Part shown: one piece after another, positions 45,753 to 56,220 of the stretch
How positions within the stretch are numbered: position 1 is the first letter of the stretch
Layout: each line of letters starts with the position of its first letter
NCBI GenBank assembly: GCA_965246805.1
Contig: CBDFFO010000010.1
Location: 181,409-245,408 of the forward strand
Direction: 5' to 3'
DNA from: Caldimonas sp.
GTDB lineage: Bacteria > Pseudomonadota > Gammaproteobacteria > Burkholderiales > Burkholderiaceae_C
DNA length: 64,000 bases
The notes under the pieces: generated by a model
The model's input: the letters and a program-made list of their open reading frames with translations, nothing else
What the model was told of the DNA's origin: nothing
Database searches by the model: none
Program-made: the position numbers and the translations under genes

Positions 45753-46837
45753 GCGCCGATCTCATGCAACGCCATCGCCAGTGCCATTCCGGGCGCGTTG
45801 CGCCCTGGGGCTTCGGGATGGAGCGAGCGCGGGTCGTCGAGATGGCACGCGGCCCAGTGCCCCTCGGTGGTCTCGCGCAGCATCGGTACCGCTTCGCACA
45901 CCGCGTGCGCATGCGCGCAGCGATCACGGAATCGGCAACCGCTCGGCGGGTCGATCGGGTTCGGTGGGTCGCCGGCGAGCGGCGAGCGGTCGGTGCGTCG
46001 TGCCGGGTCCATCGAGGGCACGGCCGATAAGAGCGCGCGCGTGTACGGGTGGCGTGGCTGCGCGTAGAGCTGCGTCACGGGGGCAACCTCGACCACCTGG
46101 CCGAGGTACATGACGAGCGCGCGGTCCGCGAGGTAGTGCACGACGTGGAGATCGTGCGAGATGAAAAGGTAGGTGAGGCCGCGTTCGGCCTTCAGCTCCT
46201 GCAGCAGGTTCAAGACCTGCGCCTGCACCGACTTGTCGAGCGCGGCCACGGCCTCGTCGAGGATCAGCAGGCGCGGTTCGAAAGCGAGCGCGCGCGCGAT
46301 GTTGACGCGCTGGCGCTGGCCGCCCGAAAGCTCGTGCGGGTAGCGGTCGCCGAACTGCGAAGGGGCGAGGCCGACGCGCTCGAGCAGCTGGGCCGCGCGC
46401 CCCCGTGCAGACGCCTTGCTCAGCCCGTGCACCTGCGGGCCGTACGCGATCGCGTCGAGCACGTTCATGCGAGGGTTCAGCGAGGCGAGCGAATCCTGGA
46501 ACACCATCTGCAGTTGGCGGCGGTAATCCTTCAGCGCGATGCCGCCGAACTGGCCGACGCCATCGCCGTCGAACACCATCTCGCCGCCATCGGCCGGCAG
46601 CAGCCGCGCGATCAGGCGCGCGGTGGTCGACTTGCCGCAGCCCGATTCGCCGACCACGCCCAGCGTCTCGCCCTTGGCGACGGTGAAGCTCACGCCGTCG
46701 ACGGCGCGCAGCTGCAGGCCGCCGCGCACCGCGAAGTGCTTGCGCAAGCCGGTCACGGTCAGCAGCGGCTGGGCCGGTCCGCCGCGATCGACGAGCGGCG
46801 GCAGGGCTGCCAGCGATTCGGCGATGGCGCGGCTCAT
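45749..46837 (-). CDS. Dpp/Opp ABC ATP-binding subunit
   Basis: [27 protein letters not shown]. Confidence 0.92.
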   Translation of the reverse strand: MSRAIAESLAALPPLVDRGGPAQPLLTVTGLRKHFAVRGGLQLRAVDGVSFTVAKGETLGVVGESGCGKSTTARLIARLLPADGGEMVFDGDGVGQFGGIALKDYRRQLQMVFQDSLASLNPRMNVLDAIAYGPQVHGLSKASARGRAAQLLERVGLAPSQFGDRYPHELSGGQRQRVNIARALAFEPRLLILDEAVAALDKSVQAQVLNLLQELKAERGLTYLFISHDLHVVHYLADRALVMYLGQVVEVAPVTQLYAQPRHPYTRALLSAVPSMDPARRTDRSPLAGDPPNPIDPPSGCRFRDRCAHAHAVCEAVPMLRETTEGHWAACHLDDPRSLHPEAPGRNAPGMALAMALHEIGA

Positions 46838-47724
46838 CGCCGGATGTCCATCGCCGAGCGCACGCCGTCGGCCAGCAGGTTGAAGGCCATCGAGGTGGCG
46901 AAGATCATCACGCCCGGCAACGCGGCCAGCGTCGGGTTGACGTAGATCGCCGAACGCAGCGTGTTCAGCATCAGCCCCCACTCGGCTTCGGGTGGCTTCA
47001 CGCCGAGGCCGAGAAACGACAAGCCCGACGCGAGGATCATGCTGACGCTGATGAGGCCGGTGGCGTAGACGAACACCGGCCCGATGACGTTGCCGAGCAC
47101 ATGCACGCGGATAATCGAGAGCGCACCCGCACCACTCATGCGCGCCGCGTTCACGTAATCGAGTCCGCGCAACTGCGTCGTCACGCTCTCCGCCACACGC
47201 ACCACCTGAGGCACGAAGACCAGCGTCAACGCGATCAGGCTGTTGCTGATGCCCGGCCCGAGCGCGCCGGCGACCGCGACCGCGAGCAGCACCGACGGAA
47301 ACGCGTAGAACACGTCGAACGTGCGCATCACGAGCATGTTGACCCAGCCGCCGAGGTAGCCCGCGACGACGCCGAGCGAGGTGCCGAGCACGAAAGCGAA
47401 CAGCACCGGAAGCACGCCCATCACGAGCGACAGACGGCCGCCGTAGATCAGGCGCGTCAGCATGTCGCGGCCGAGTTCGTCGGTGCCCAGCAGGTGGCCG
47501 TCGCTGCCGATCGCCAGCAGCCGTCGGATCATGCTGGCCTTGAAGGGATCGGCCGGTGCGACCCACGGCGCGAACACCGCGGCGAGCACGATCACCAGCA
47601 ACACCGCCGCGCTGGTCACCGCGACCGGGTCGCGCGCGAGCTGGCGCCCGACCCCGCTCCAGTAGCCGCGTCGCGGAGCCGACACAGGCAACGCGACGGG
47701 CGACGTGATGACCGCTGCCGACAT
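46834..47724 (-). CDS. Dpp/Opp ABC permease (DppC-like)
   Basis: LGTDELGRD, EAA-like motif, SFLGLG. Confidence 0.92.
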   Translation of the reverse strand: MSAAVITSPVALPVSAPRRGYWSGVGRQLARDPVAVTSAAVLLVIVLAAVFAPWVAPADPFKASMIRRLLAIGSDGHLLGTDELGRDMLTRLIYGGRLSLVMGVLPVLFAFVLGTSLGVVAGYLGGWVNMLVMRTFDVFYAFPSVLLAVAVAGALGPGISNSLIALTLVFVPQVVRVAESVTTQLRGLDYVNAARMSGAGALSIIRVHVLGNVIGPVFVYATGLISVSMILASGLSFLGLGVKPPEAEWGLMLNTLRSAIYVNPTLAALPGVMIFATSMAFNLLADGVRSAMDIRR

Positions 47725-47727
47725 CGG

Positions 47728-48681
47728 TCAGGCGCGGCGGATGCGCGGGTCGAGCAGCGGCTGCGCCAGGTCGACGAGCAGGTTCAGCGCGACGAAGAAC
47801 AGACACAGCACGAGGATGATCCCTTGCAGCAGCGGGATGTCGCGCTGGAAGATCGCGGTGTTCAAGAGGAAGCCGGTGCCCGGCCACGCGAACACGGTCT
47901 CGACCAGGATCGAGCCGCCCATCAGGTAGCCGATCTGCAGCCCGGCGACGGCGAGCACCGTCGGCGCGGCGTTCTTCGCGACGTGGCGGAACACCGCCGC
48001 ACTGGCAAGGCCGCGCGCCCGCAGCGCGACGACGAACTCCTGGTTCACGGTGTCGGCCACCAGCGCACGCACGGTGCGCGTGATGATGCCCATCGGGATC
48101 ACGCTCAGCGTCGCGGCCGGCAGCACGAGGTAGCCGAGGTGGTCGGCGTCCCATTGCCACTCGCCGGAGCCGCCGGGCCCGGCGCCCATCGCCGGCAGCC
48201 AGCCGAGCTTGACCGAGAACACGATGGTCAGAACCAGCCCGAGCCAGTAGTGCGGGACGCTGACGCCAACGACGGAGATCGCGCTCGCGATGCGGTCGAC
48301 CCAGCCACCGGCGCGGTAGCCGGCGAAGGCGCCGAGCACGCAGCCCACGCTGACGCCGACCCCGGCAGCCACGACCGCGAGCCGCAACGTGTTGCCGGCC
48401 GCGACCAGCACCTCGCGCGTGACCGAACGCCCGCTCGCGATCGATACGCCCAGGTCGCCCTGAAGCGCGCGCCCGAGCCAGAGTGCATAGCGCACCGGCA
48501 TCGGTCGGTCGAGCCCGTAGGTGGTGCGCAGCGCCTCGATCACATCCGCTGGCGCGTCGGCCGGCGCGATGGCATTCAGCGGGTCACCGGGCGCGAGGTA
48601 GACCAGCGTGAACGAGACGAGCGTGACGCCGAGCGCGATCGGCAACGCGTAGAGCAGGCGCTTGAAGAGATAGGCGAGCAC
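47728..48681 (-). CDS. Dpp/Opp ABC permease (DppB-like)
   Basis: APGDP, LQGDLGVS, ETVFAWPG.G. Confidence 0.92.
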   Translation of the reverse strand: MLAYLFKRLLYALPIALGVTLVSFTLVYLAPGDPLNAIAPADAPADVIEALRTTYGLDRPMPVRYALWLGRALQGDLGVSIASGRSVTREVLVAAGNTLRLAVVAAGVGVSVGCVLGAFAGYRAGGWVDRIASAISVVGVSVPHYWLGLVLTIVFSVKLGWLPAMGAGPGGSGEWQWDADHLGYLVLPAATLSVIPMGIITRTVRALVADTVNQEFVVALRARGLASAAVFRHVAKNAAPTVLAVAGLQIGYLMGGSILVETVFAWPGTGFLLNTAIFQRDIPLLQGIILVLCLFFVALNLLVDLAQPLLDPRIRRA

Positions 48682-48684
48682 CCC

Positions 48685-50295
48685 CTACATGCCGATGGTG
48701 GTCAGGTCCTGGAACCAGTGCTGCGCCTGCACGAACTGCTTCACCTTCGGCGACAGCGCGTGCGGGTTCGTGTCGTGCACCACCCACAGCATCAGCGCGT
48801 CGTTCACCATCTGCTCGTGCACGAAGGTGAGCAGCTTGTCCTGCTCCCGGGTGTCGAAGGTCGCGCCGATCTTGTCGATGGCGTCGTTGACCTTGGGGTT
48901 GTCGTAGCCGCCCCAGTTGACGCCGTTGGGCGCGATGTATTTCGCCGCGGCGAAACGCGTCAGCGCGTAGAACGGGTCGGCCGTGACGTAGCCGAGGTTG
49001 ATCGCGGTGATGCCCTTGCCGGCGTTCATCTCGGCCTTCGCGCCGCTGCGCCAGTGCAGGTAAAGGTTTTCGAGCTCGACGACCTCGAACTCGACGTTGA
49101 CGTCGATCTCGGCCAGGCTTTGCTGGATGAACTCGTTCATCGGCAACGAGAGCATCTGACCGGTGCCGCCCTGCGCGATGATGATCTTCGCCTTCAGCGG
49201 GTTCGCCTTGCTGAAGCCGGCCTGCGCCATCAGCGCGCGGGCCGCCGGCAGGTTGTATTGCAGGTCGAAGGCCGGCTTGCCGAACCACGGGCTCGACTTG
49301 TCGAGCTGGCCCTTGGCCGCGACCGCCTGGCCGCCGAGCAGCTTGACGATCGCGTCGCGGTCGATCGCGAGATTCACGGCCTTGCGCACGCGCACGTCGG
49401 TCCATGGCGAGCCGGGCTGGGTGCTGAAGTGATAGGGCCAGACGTGCGGCGTCACGTTCTGCACGATGCGGAACTTCTGCGCGAGCAGTTGCGGTGTCAC
49501 GTCGGGCGGCGGCGTCTCGATGAGGTCGACCTGGCCGTTCAGCAGCGCGTTCGCACGCGTCACCGCGTCGGGGATCGGGATCAGCACGATGCGATCGGTC
49601 TTCGCGAGGCGGGTCTTGTCCCAGTAGGTCGCGTTCCTGACCAGCTCGGCGCGCTCGCGCGGCACCAGCTTGTCGAGCTTGAACGGGCCGGTGCCCGACG
49701 GCTGCGTCGCGACCTTGGACCAGTCGCGGCCGAGCTTCTCCCACTGCGCCGGGCTGCCGATCAGGAACCACGGCATCTGGTACGGGAACAACGCGTCGAC
49801 GCTCTTGGTCGTGATCTCGACGGTGCCGTCGTCGATCTTTTTGTACGACGCGATCGACGGAATGCGCGATTTCACCTGCGCGGCCTGTTTCGCATCGAAC
49901 TGCGGCGACTTGTCGTTCAGCACCTTGTCGAGGTTCCAGACCACGGCATCGGCCGTGAACTCGGAGCCGTCGTGGAACTTCACGCCCTTGCGCAGCGTGA
50001 AGCGCCAGACCTTCTGGTCCTTGGCGTCTACCTTCCATTCGGTGGCCAGGCCCGGGATCAGCTTGCCGGGACGGTTGCCGATGTTGGCTTCCCACGCGAC
50101 GAGCGGGTCATAGATGGTGTGGCCGGTGAACTGGTAAGCGCCCGCGCCGCGGTCCGGCTGGCCGGTGGTGAGCGGGATGTCGGCCATCGAGATGCCGTAA
50201 CGCGCCACGGTCTCGGCCTGCACGGCGGCAGCCAAGCCGAGCGCCAGCGGCACGACGCTGAGCCAGCCCTGCAAACGATTCGTGAACGAGAACAT
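48685..50295 (-). CDS. Peptide/nickel ABC substrate-binding protein
   Basis: Signal peptide, LRKGVKFHDG, GTGPFK, VRKAVNLAIDR. Confidence 0.92.
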   Translation of the reverse strand: MFSFTNRLQGWLSVVPLALGLAAAVQAETVARYGISMADIPLTTGQPDRGAGAYQFTGHTIYDPLVAWEANIGNRPGKLIPGLATEWKVDAKDQKVWRFTLRKGVKFHDGSEFTADAVVWNLDKVLNDKSPQFDAKQAAQVKSRIPSIASYKKIDDGTVEITTKSVDALFPYQMPWFLIGSPAQWEKLGRDWSKVATQPSGTGPFKLDKLVPRERAELVRNATYWDKTRLAKTDRIVLIPIPDAVTRANALLNGQVDLIETPPPDVTPQLLAQKFRIVQNVTPHVWPYHFSTQPGSPWTDVRVRKAVNLAIDRDAIVKLLGGQAVAAKGQLDKSSPWFGKPAFDLQYNLPAARALMAQAGFSKANPLKAKIIIAQGGTGQMLSLPMNEFIQQSLAEIDVNVEFEVVELENLYLHWRSGAKAEMNAGKGITAINLGYVTADPFYALTRFAAAKYIAPNGVNWGGYDNPKVNDAIDKIGATFDTREQDKLLTFVHEQMVNDALMLWVVHDTNPHALSPKVKQFVQAQHWFQDLTTIGM

Positions 50296-50328
50296 CGCGA
50301 TGACTCCGGAGGGATGTGCATCGCGGAT

Positions 50329-50344
50329 TGCACGACACGTGCCA
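50329..50344 (-). promoter_or_regulatory. Sigma54 -24/-12 promoter for the minus-strand ABC operon
   Basis: Minus strand TGGCAC-GTGTC-GTGCA (GG-N10-GC), about 35 nt before the ATG, with a GGAG RBS. Confidence 0.6.
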
Positions 50345-50418
50345 GAGCGTCGCCAGGCCGTGCCGCGCAGGCCGGAGAATTGCGTGGGAGCCGAGGGCAT
50401 TCACGGCGCGGCCCGCCA

Positions 50419-50437
50419 ACGGTGCAGCAGGCACCGT
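50419..50437. promoter_or_regulatory. 7-5-7 inverted repeat, candidate operator
   Basis: ACGGTGC-AGCAG-GCACCGT in the divergent intergenic region upstream of the XRE regulator. Confidence 0.4.
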
Positions 50438-50477
50438 GCTTGTGCAGCGACTTGATTTCCGCTCAAATGACTTTCCC

Positions 50478-51122
50478 ATGAAGAAAACTCCGAAGAAGGG
50501 CGCCGCGGTCGGCGGCCCCGCACCGCGCCTGCGCCCGGCTGTGCCCGCTGCGCCCGCTCCGGCGCCGGTGGCGATCGGGGCTAGGCTGCGGCACGCGCGG
50601 CTGCTCAAGGGCCTGCTGATCAAGGACCTGGCGCAGCGCGTCGGCGTCTCCATCAGCCTGATCTCGAAGTACGAGAACGACAGGCTGTTGCCGCCGCTGA
50701 CAGTGCTGCACAGCGTGGTCACCGAGCTCGAGACCAACATCGGCGCGCTGTTCGAGCCCAACTGGACCGGCACCCAGCACGTCGCTCGCTCCGGCGCTCG
50801 TCCGCGCATTTCGGCGGGTGGCAGCAAGGCGGCGGCCGGCGTGATGCTCGAGCGCCTCGTGCCCAACGGCAAGGGCCACCTGCTGCAGGGCAACATCCAC
50901 ATCGTCGCGCCCGGGGGCGGCAGCATGGGGCCGATGCGCCACGAGGGTGACGAATTCGGCTACCTGCTCGACGGCCGGCTCGAGCTGAGCATCGACGACA
51001 AGCTGCACGAGCTCGGGCCGGGCGATTCGTTTGCGTTCCCGTCGCACCTGGCGCACGCCTATCGCAACCCGGGGCTCGACATCGCGCGGGTGCTCTGGAT
51101 CAACACCCCGCCGACGTTCTGA
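50478..51122 (+). CDS. XRE-family HTH plus cupin transcriptional regulator (PuuR-like)
   Basis: IGARLRHARL...DLAQRVGVSISLISKYE; C-terminal HEGDEFGYLLDG...FPS...H.YRN. Confidence 0.9.
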   Translation: MKKTPKKGAAVGGPAPRLRPAVPAAPAPAPVAIGARLRHARLLKGLLIKDLAQRVGVSISLISKYENDRLLPPLTVLHSVVTELETNIGALFEPNWTGTQHVARSGARPRISAGGSKAAAGVMLERLVPNGKGHLLQGNIHIVAPGGGSMGPMRHEGDEFGYLLDGRLELSIDDKLHELGPGDSFAFPSHLAHAYRNPGLDIARVLWINTPPTF

Positions 51123-51124
51123 CG

Positions 51125-51139
51125 TGGCACACGGCTTGC
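51125..51139 (+). promoter_or_regulatory. Sigma54 -24/-12 promoter for the plus-strand ABC/GGT operon
   Basis: TGGCAC-ACGGC-TTGC, an exact consensus match. Confidence 0.7.
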
Positions 51140-51205
51140 GGCACGAGTTGCAGTGAATTCAACCGAGGCGAACCCGATGACGCGCTGGGTGCAGAGGGTG
51201 GGGCG

Positions 51206-51322
51206 GTGAGCTGGTCGATCGTGGCACGCGATGCGGGCGGACGCTTCGGGGTCGTGGATCAGGCCGAGACCGAGGCACGCATCGCGGCCTTTCACGCCAG
51301 CCCGCCCGTCTCGACGCGATGA
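51206..51322 (+). pseudogene. DUF1028-family remnant with a large in-frame internal deletion (38 aa)
   Basis: [17 protein letters not shown] matches the DUF1028 N-terminus pattern, then jumps to [13 protein letters not shown]...; stop overlaps the next ATG. Confidence 0.6.
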
Positions 51323-52311
51323 CGGCTCTGCTCGAGGTGCGTGAATTGCGCACCCTGTTCGACACCGACGGCGGCGAGTTCGCCGCGGTCGATGGCGTGA
51401 GCTTCGCCGTCGAGGCCGGACGCACCCTCGCGATCGTCGGCGAGTCGGGCTGCGGCAAGAGCGTGACGGCGCTGTCGGTGATGGGCCTGGTGCCGAATCC
51501 GCCGGGGCGCATCGCGTGCGGCTCGATCCGGTTCGAAGGCACCGAGCTCGTCGGTGCGAAGAAGTCGCTGCTGCGGGACCTGCGCGGCAACGGCATCGCG
51601 ATGATCTTCCAGGAGCCGATGTCGTCGCTGAATCCGGTGTTCACGATCGGCGAGCAGATCGTCGAGGTCCTGCTGAGGCATCGCCGGATCAGCCGCGCCG
51701 AGGCCGTCGAACGCGCGATCGCGATGCTGGCGCGGGTGCGGATCCCGGCACCCGCGCAGCGCTTTCACGAGCACCCGCACAAGCTTTCGGGCGGTATGCG
51801 CCAGCGCGCGATGATCGCGATGGCGCTGGCTTGCGAGCCGCGCCTGCTGATTGCCGACGAGCCGACGACGGCGCTCGACGTCACCATCCAGGCGCAGATC
51901 CTCGACCTAATGCGCACGCTGCAGACCGAGAGCGGCACCGCCATCATCCTGATCACGCACGATCTCGGCGTCGTCGCCGAAGTGGCCGACGAGGTCGTCG
52001 TGATGTACGCGGGCCGTGTTGTCGAGCGGGCGCCGGTGCGGGCCTTGTTCGACGCGCCGCAGCACCCCTACACCGTCGGCCTGCTCGGCTCGGTGCCGCG
52101 GCTCGACGTGCAGCGGGCGCGCCTCACGGCCATCGAGGGCCAGGTGCCGAACCCGCTGCGGCGCGGCGCCGGTTGCGGCTTCGCCGATCGCTGCCCGTTC
52201 GCCGATGCGCGTTGCCGTGCCCAGTCGCCGCCCTTGCGCGAAATCGGCTTGCAGCAGCTGTCGGCTTGCTGGAAGGCCCCGCTCGACGCGAACGTGCTGG
52301 TGGCTGCATGA
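51319..52311 (+). CDS. Dpp/Opp ABC ATP-binding subunit
   Basis: [23 protein letters not shown]. Confidence 0.92.
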   Translation: MTALLEVRELRTLFDTDGGEFAAVDGVSFAVEAGRTLAIVGESGCGKSVTALSVMGLVPNPPGRIACGSIRFEGTELVGAKKSLLRDLRGNGIAMIFQEPMSSLNPVFTIGEQIVEVLLRHRRISRAEAVERAIAMLARVRIPAPAQRFHEHPHKLSGGMRQRAMIAMALACEPRLLIADEPTTALDVTIQAQILDLMRTLQTESGTAIILITHDLGVVAEVADEVVVMYAGRVVERAPVRALFDAPQHPYTVGLLGSVPRLDVQRARLTAIEGQVPNPLRRGAGCGFADRCPFADARCRAQSPPLREIGLQQLSACWKAPLDANVLVAA

Positions 52312-52547
52312 GCCTGCCCGGCCGCCCGGAAGGCGAGTACCGGAGCGCACCGCGCGAAGGTATTCCAATGAGCCTGCCCGGCCGCCCGAAAGGCGAGTAC
52401 CGGAGCGCACCGCGCGAAGGTACTCCAATGAGCCTGCCCGGCCGCCCGGAAGGCGAGTACCGGAGCGCACCGCGCGAAGGTATTCCAATGAGCCTGCCCG
52501 GCCCCCCGGAAGGCGAGTACCGGAGCGCACCGCGCGAAGGTACTTCA
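52308..52547 (+). repeat. Tandem array of 4 x 60 bp encoding [18 protein letters not shown](I/T)P
   Basis: Units start at 52308, 52368, 52428 and 52488, differing at only a few positions; degenerate fifth start at 52548. Confidence 0.95.
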
Positions 52548-52606
52548 GTAAGCCTGACGTTGCGCGCCACGGCGACTGCCGACTGCCGTCACGCAGGACA
52601 CCCGTC

Positions 52607-53701
52607 ATGAGCGACGACGCGCTGCTGCAGGTCGATGGGCTGGTAAAGCATTTCCCGGTGCGTCGCGGTGTGTTCGGTCGCGTGGTCGGGGCGGTGCGTG
52701 CGGTCGACGGCGTGAGCCTGCAGATCGGGGCCGGCCAAACGCTCGGCGTGGTCGGCGAATCGGGCTGCGGCAAGTCGACGCTGGGCCGGCTCGTGCTGCG
52801 GTTGATCGAACCGAGCGCCGGCCGCGTGCGCTTCGACGCGCGCGATCTCGGCGCGCTCGACGCGGCTGCGCTTCGGGCCCAGCGCCGCGCTATGCAGATC
52901 ATCTTCCAGGACCCGTACTCGTCGCTCAACCCGCGCATGACGGTGGGGCAGACGCTCGCGGAGCCGCTGATGCTGCACGGCCTTCACGCGGGCCGCTACC
53001 GCGAGCGCGTGGCCGAGCTGCTGCACACGGTCGGCCTCGCGCCGGAGCACGCGCGGCGCTACCCACACGAGTTTTCCGGCGGCCAACGCCAGCGCATCGG
53101 CATCGCACGGGCTCTCGCCGCAGAGCCGAAGCTGATCGTCTGCGACGAGGCCGTGTCTGCGCTCGACGTGTCGGTGCAGGCGCAGGTGGTGAACCTGCTG
53201 CACGACCTGCAGCGCCGCTTCGGCCTGGCCTACCTTTTCATCGCGCACGACCTCGCGGTGGTCAAGCACATCGCGACGCACGTGGCCGTGATGTACCTCG
53301 GCCGCATCGTCGAGACCGCGCCGAAGGACGCGCTCTTCACGACACCTCGGCACCCGTACACGCAGGCCCTGCTCGCTGCAATTCCGCTGCCCGAGCCGCA
53401 GCTGGCGCGTGAGCGCGTGCTGCTCGCCGGCGATGTGCCGAGCCCGATCAGCCCGCCTGCCGGCTGCCACTTCCACCCGCGATGCGTGCACGCACGCGAG
53501 CTGTGTTCACAGCGCACGCCGCTGCTCGAGCCGCACGACGGCCACGCGGTGGCCTGCCATTTCTGGCGCGAGATTCCGGCCCCGCGCGCGTTGCCCGATG
53601 CGTTGGCGATGACGCCGGCGCGACTGCGCCTGCAGCGCCTTCAGTCGGCGTTCGTCGCCGATGCCGCCCCGCTTTCAATGCCGTTGGAGACCGCTCGATG
53701 A
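52607..53701 (+). CDS. Dpp/Opp ABC ATP-binding subunit
   Basis: [27 protein letters not shown]. Confidence 0.92.
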   Translation: MSDDALLQVDGLVKHFPVRRGVFGRVVGAVRAVDGVSLQIGAGQTLGVVGESGCGKSTLGRLVLRLIEPSAGRVRFDARDLGALDAAALRAQRRAMQIIFQDPYSSLNPRMTVGQTLAEPLMLHGLHAGRYRERVAELLHTVGLAPEHARRYPHEFSGGQRQRIGIARALAAEPKLIVCDEAVSALDVSVQAQVVNLLHDLQRRFGLAYLFIAHDLAVVKHIATHVAVMYLGRIVETAPKDALFTTPRHPYTQALLAAIPLPEPQLARERVLLAGDVPSPISPPAGCHFHPRCVHARELCSQRTPLLEPHDGHAVACHFWREIPAPRALPDALAMTPARLRLQRLQSAFVADAAPLSMPLETAR

Positions 53702-55218
53702 ACCCGTTCCGCCGAACCCCTGGGCCCGCGCTGTGGCTCGCACTTCTGCTGGCGCCGCTCGCGGTGTCGGCGCAAACGCTGCGCATCGGCCTGGCCGAAG
53801 ACCCCGACGTGCTCGACCCGTCGCTCGCCCGCAGCTTCGTCGGCCGCGTCGTCTTCACCGCGCTGTGCGACAAGCTGCTCGACATCGACGAGAAGCTCGC
53901 GATCCAGCCGCAGCTTGCGACAGCCTACGAATGGTCGGCCGACAGCAAGGCGCTGACGTTGAAGCTGCGGCAAGGGGTCACCTTCCACGACGGTGAACGG
54001 TTCGACGCCGCCGCCGTCAAGTTCAACATCGAACGCCACAAGACGCTGCCGGGCTCGAACCGGCGCGGCGAACTCGCGCCCGTCTCGAGCGTCGACGTGA
54101 TCGATCCGATGACCGTGCGGCTCAACCTGTCGGCGCCGTTTTCGCCGCTGCTGGCCCAGCTTGCCGACCGCGCCGGCATGATGGTGTCGCCGAAAGCGGC
54201 GCAGGCCGAAGGCGACAAGTTCGGTACGAAGCCGGTGTGCTCGGGGCCGTTCAAGTTCGTCGAGCGCATCGCGCAGGACCGCATCGTGCTCGAGCGCTTT
54301 TCGTCTTACTGGAACAAGGAGGCGGTCCATTTCGACAAGGTGACCTACACACCGATCCCCGACGCCACCGTGCGGCTCGCCAACTTGAAATCGGGCCAGC
54401 TCGACTTCGCCGAACGCGTCGCTTCCAGCGACATGGCCAGGATCGAGGCCGACAAGAAATTCAAGGTCTCGCGCATCACCGAGATCGGCTACCAGGGGAT
54501 CACGATCAACATCGGCAAGAGCGAGCTGGCCAGGAAGAACCCGCTCGGTCGCGACGCCCGCGTGCGCGAAGCTTTCGAACTTTCGCTCGACCGGCAAGGC
54601 TTGGCGCAGGTCGTGATGGACAACGAGGCGACGGTCGGCAACCAGTGGGTCTCGCCGCGCAACCCGTACTACGCGAAGAACGTGCCACTGCCCAAGCGCG
54701 ACATCGCACGCGCGAAGGCGCTGCTGAAGGAGGCCGGCGTGCCCAACCCGAGCTTCACGCTGCTTACGCCGACCACGTCGGATGCGCAGCGGATCGCGCT
54801 CGTCGTGCAGGCGATGGCGCGCGAGTCCGGCTTCGACGTGAAGATCCAGGCCACCGAGTTCGCGACCTCGCTCAACATGGCCGACAAGGGCGACTACGAA
54901 GCGTACGTGCTGGCCTGGAGCGGCCGTGCCGATCCGGATGGCAACGTGTTCAGCTTCTACGGCTGCAAGCAGCCGCTGAACTACATCGGCTACTGCGACG
55001 CCGAGACCGATCGCCTCCTCGCGCAGTCGCGCGAGTTGCGCGAACCGGCGGCGCGCGCCAAGGTGTACGAGCAGATCGTGGCGCGCGTCAGTAAGGAACG
55101 ACCGCTGATCTACCTGTACCACCGCAACTGGCTATGGGCCTACACCGCGAGGCTCGGTGGCGTGCGCAACGTGCCCGACGGGCTGCTGCGAGTGGTGGGC
55201 CTGCAACTGGCGCCGTGA
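53698..55218 (+). CDS. Peptide ABC substrate-binding protein
   Basis: Signal peptide, [29 protein letters not shown]. Confidence 0.92.
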   Translation: MNPFRRTPGPALWLALLLAPLAVSAQTLRIGLAEDPDVLDPSLARSFVGRVVFTALCDKLLDIDEKLAIQPQLATAYEWSADSKALTLKLRQGVTFHDGERFDAAAVKFNIERHKTLPGSNRRGELAPVSSVDVIDPMTVRLNLSAPFSPLLAQLADRAGMMVSPKAAQAEGDKFGTKPVCSGPFKFVERIAQDRIVLERFSSYWNKEAVHFDKVTYTPIPDATVRLANLKSGQLDFAERVASSDMARIEADKKFKVSRITEIGYQGITINIGKSELARKNPLGRDARVREAFELSLDRQGLAQVVMDNEATVGNQWVSPRNPYYAKNVPLPKRDIARAKALLKEAGVPNPSFTLLTPTTSDAQRIALVVQAMARESGFDVKIQATEFATSLNMADKGDYEAYVLAWSGRADPDGNVFSFYGCKQPLNYIGYCDAETDRLLAQSRELREPAARAKVYEQIVARVSKERPLIYLYHRNWLWAYTARLGGVRNVPDGLLRVVGLQLAP

Positions 55219-55274
55219 GCATCGAAGGACACCGATGACACGTTGGCACCTGCGGGCGAACGTCGGCCGTTGAC

Positions 55275-56216
55275 GTGTTCGAGTACCTTGTCAAGCGCCT
55301 CGTCACGCTCGCACCCACGCTGGTGCTGGTGTCGATCCTCATTTTCGGCCTGCAGCAACTGCTGCCTGGCGACCCGGCGAAGATCCTCGCCGGCGAAGAG
55401 CAGGATCCCACCGTCGTCGCCTATCTGCGCACTCGGCTCCACCTCGACGAGCCGCTGCCGATGCGTTACGCGTACTGGGCCGGTGGCGTGCTGCGCGGCG
55501 ACCTCGGCGAATCGGTCCGCAACCAGCAGCCGGTGCTCGATCTGGTCCTGCAAAAGCTGCCGGTGACGCTCGAGCTCGCGCTGCTCGCGTTCGCGATCGC
55601 GCTCGTGATCGGCATCCCGGCCGGCATCGTCTCGGCGGTCGGTCGCGGCTCGGCGTGGGACTACGCGGCCAACGGGTTCGCGCTGTGGGGCCTGTCGACG
55701 CCGAACTTCTGGCTCGGCATCTTGATGATCCTGCTGTTCTCGGTTCACCTCGGCTGGCTGCCGGCGTCGGGCTACGTGAGCCCGTTCGAAGACCTGCGTG
55801 CCAACCTCGCCGCGATGATCATGCCGGCCTTCGTGCTCGGCAACGCGATCGCCGCGGTGCTGATGCGCCACACGCGCAGCGCGATGCTGCAGGTGCTGTC
55901 GGCCGACTACGTGCGCACGGCGCGCGCCAAGGGGCTGGACGAACGCACCGTCGTCTTCAAGCATGCGCTGCGAAACGCACTGACGCCGATCATCACGCTC
56001 GGCGCGCTGGAGCTCGGAACGTTGCTGTCGGGCGCGGTGCTGACCGAACAGGTCTTCACCATTCCCGGCTTCGGCAAGCTCGTCGTCGATGCCGTGTTCA
56101 ACCGCGACTACGCGGTGGTGCAGGGCGTGGTGCTCGTCACCGCGAGCGCCTACATGCTGCTCAACCTGCTGGCCGACATGGCGCAGTTCGCGGTGAACCC
56201 GCGGCTGCGGCGCTGA
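55275..56216 (+). CDS. Dpp/Opp ABC permease (DppB-like)
   Basis: LPGDPA, GDLGES, DYVRTARAKG. Confidence 0.92.
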   Translation: MFEYLVKRLVTLAPTLVLVSILIFGLQQLLPGDPAKILAGEEQDPTVVAYLRTRLHLDEPLPMRYAYWAGGVLRGDLGESVRNQQPVLDLVLQKLPVTLELALLAFAIALVIGIPAGIVSAVGRGSAWDYAANGFALWGLSTPNFWLGILMILLFSVHLGWLPASGYVSPFEDLRANLAAMIMPAFVLGNAIAAVLMRHTRSAMLQVLSADYVRTARAKGLDERTVVFKHALRNALTPIITLGALELGTLLSGAVLTEQVFTIPGFGKLVVDAVFNRDYAVVQGVVLVTASAYMLLNLLADMAQFAVNPRLRR

Positions 56217-56220
56217 ACCG

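Noticed and set aside
51139-51152. Second overlapping sigma54 motif CGGCACGAGTTGCA (and a similar one near 51222)
   Set aside because: GG-to-GC spacing is 8 nt rather than the required 10.
52308-52547. 60-bp array as a CRISPR
   Set aside because: Units are contiguous near-identical repeats with no unique spacers, and there are no cas genes in the window.
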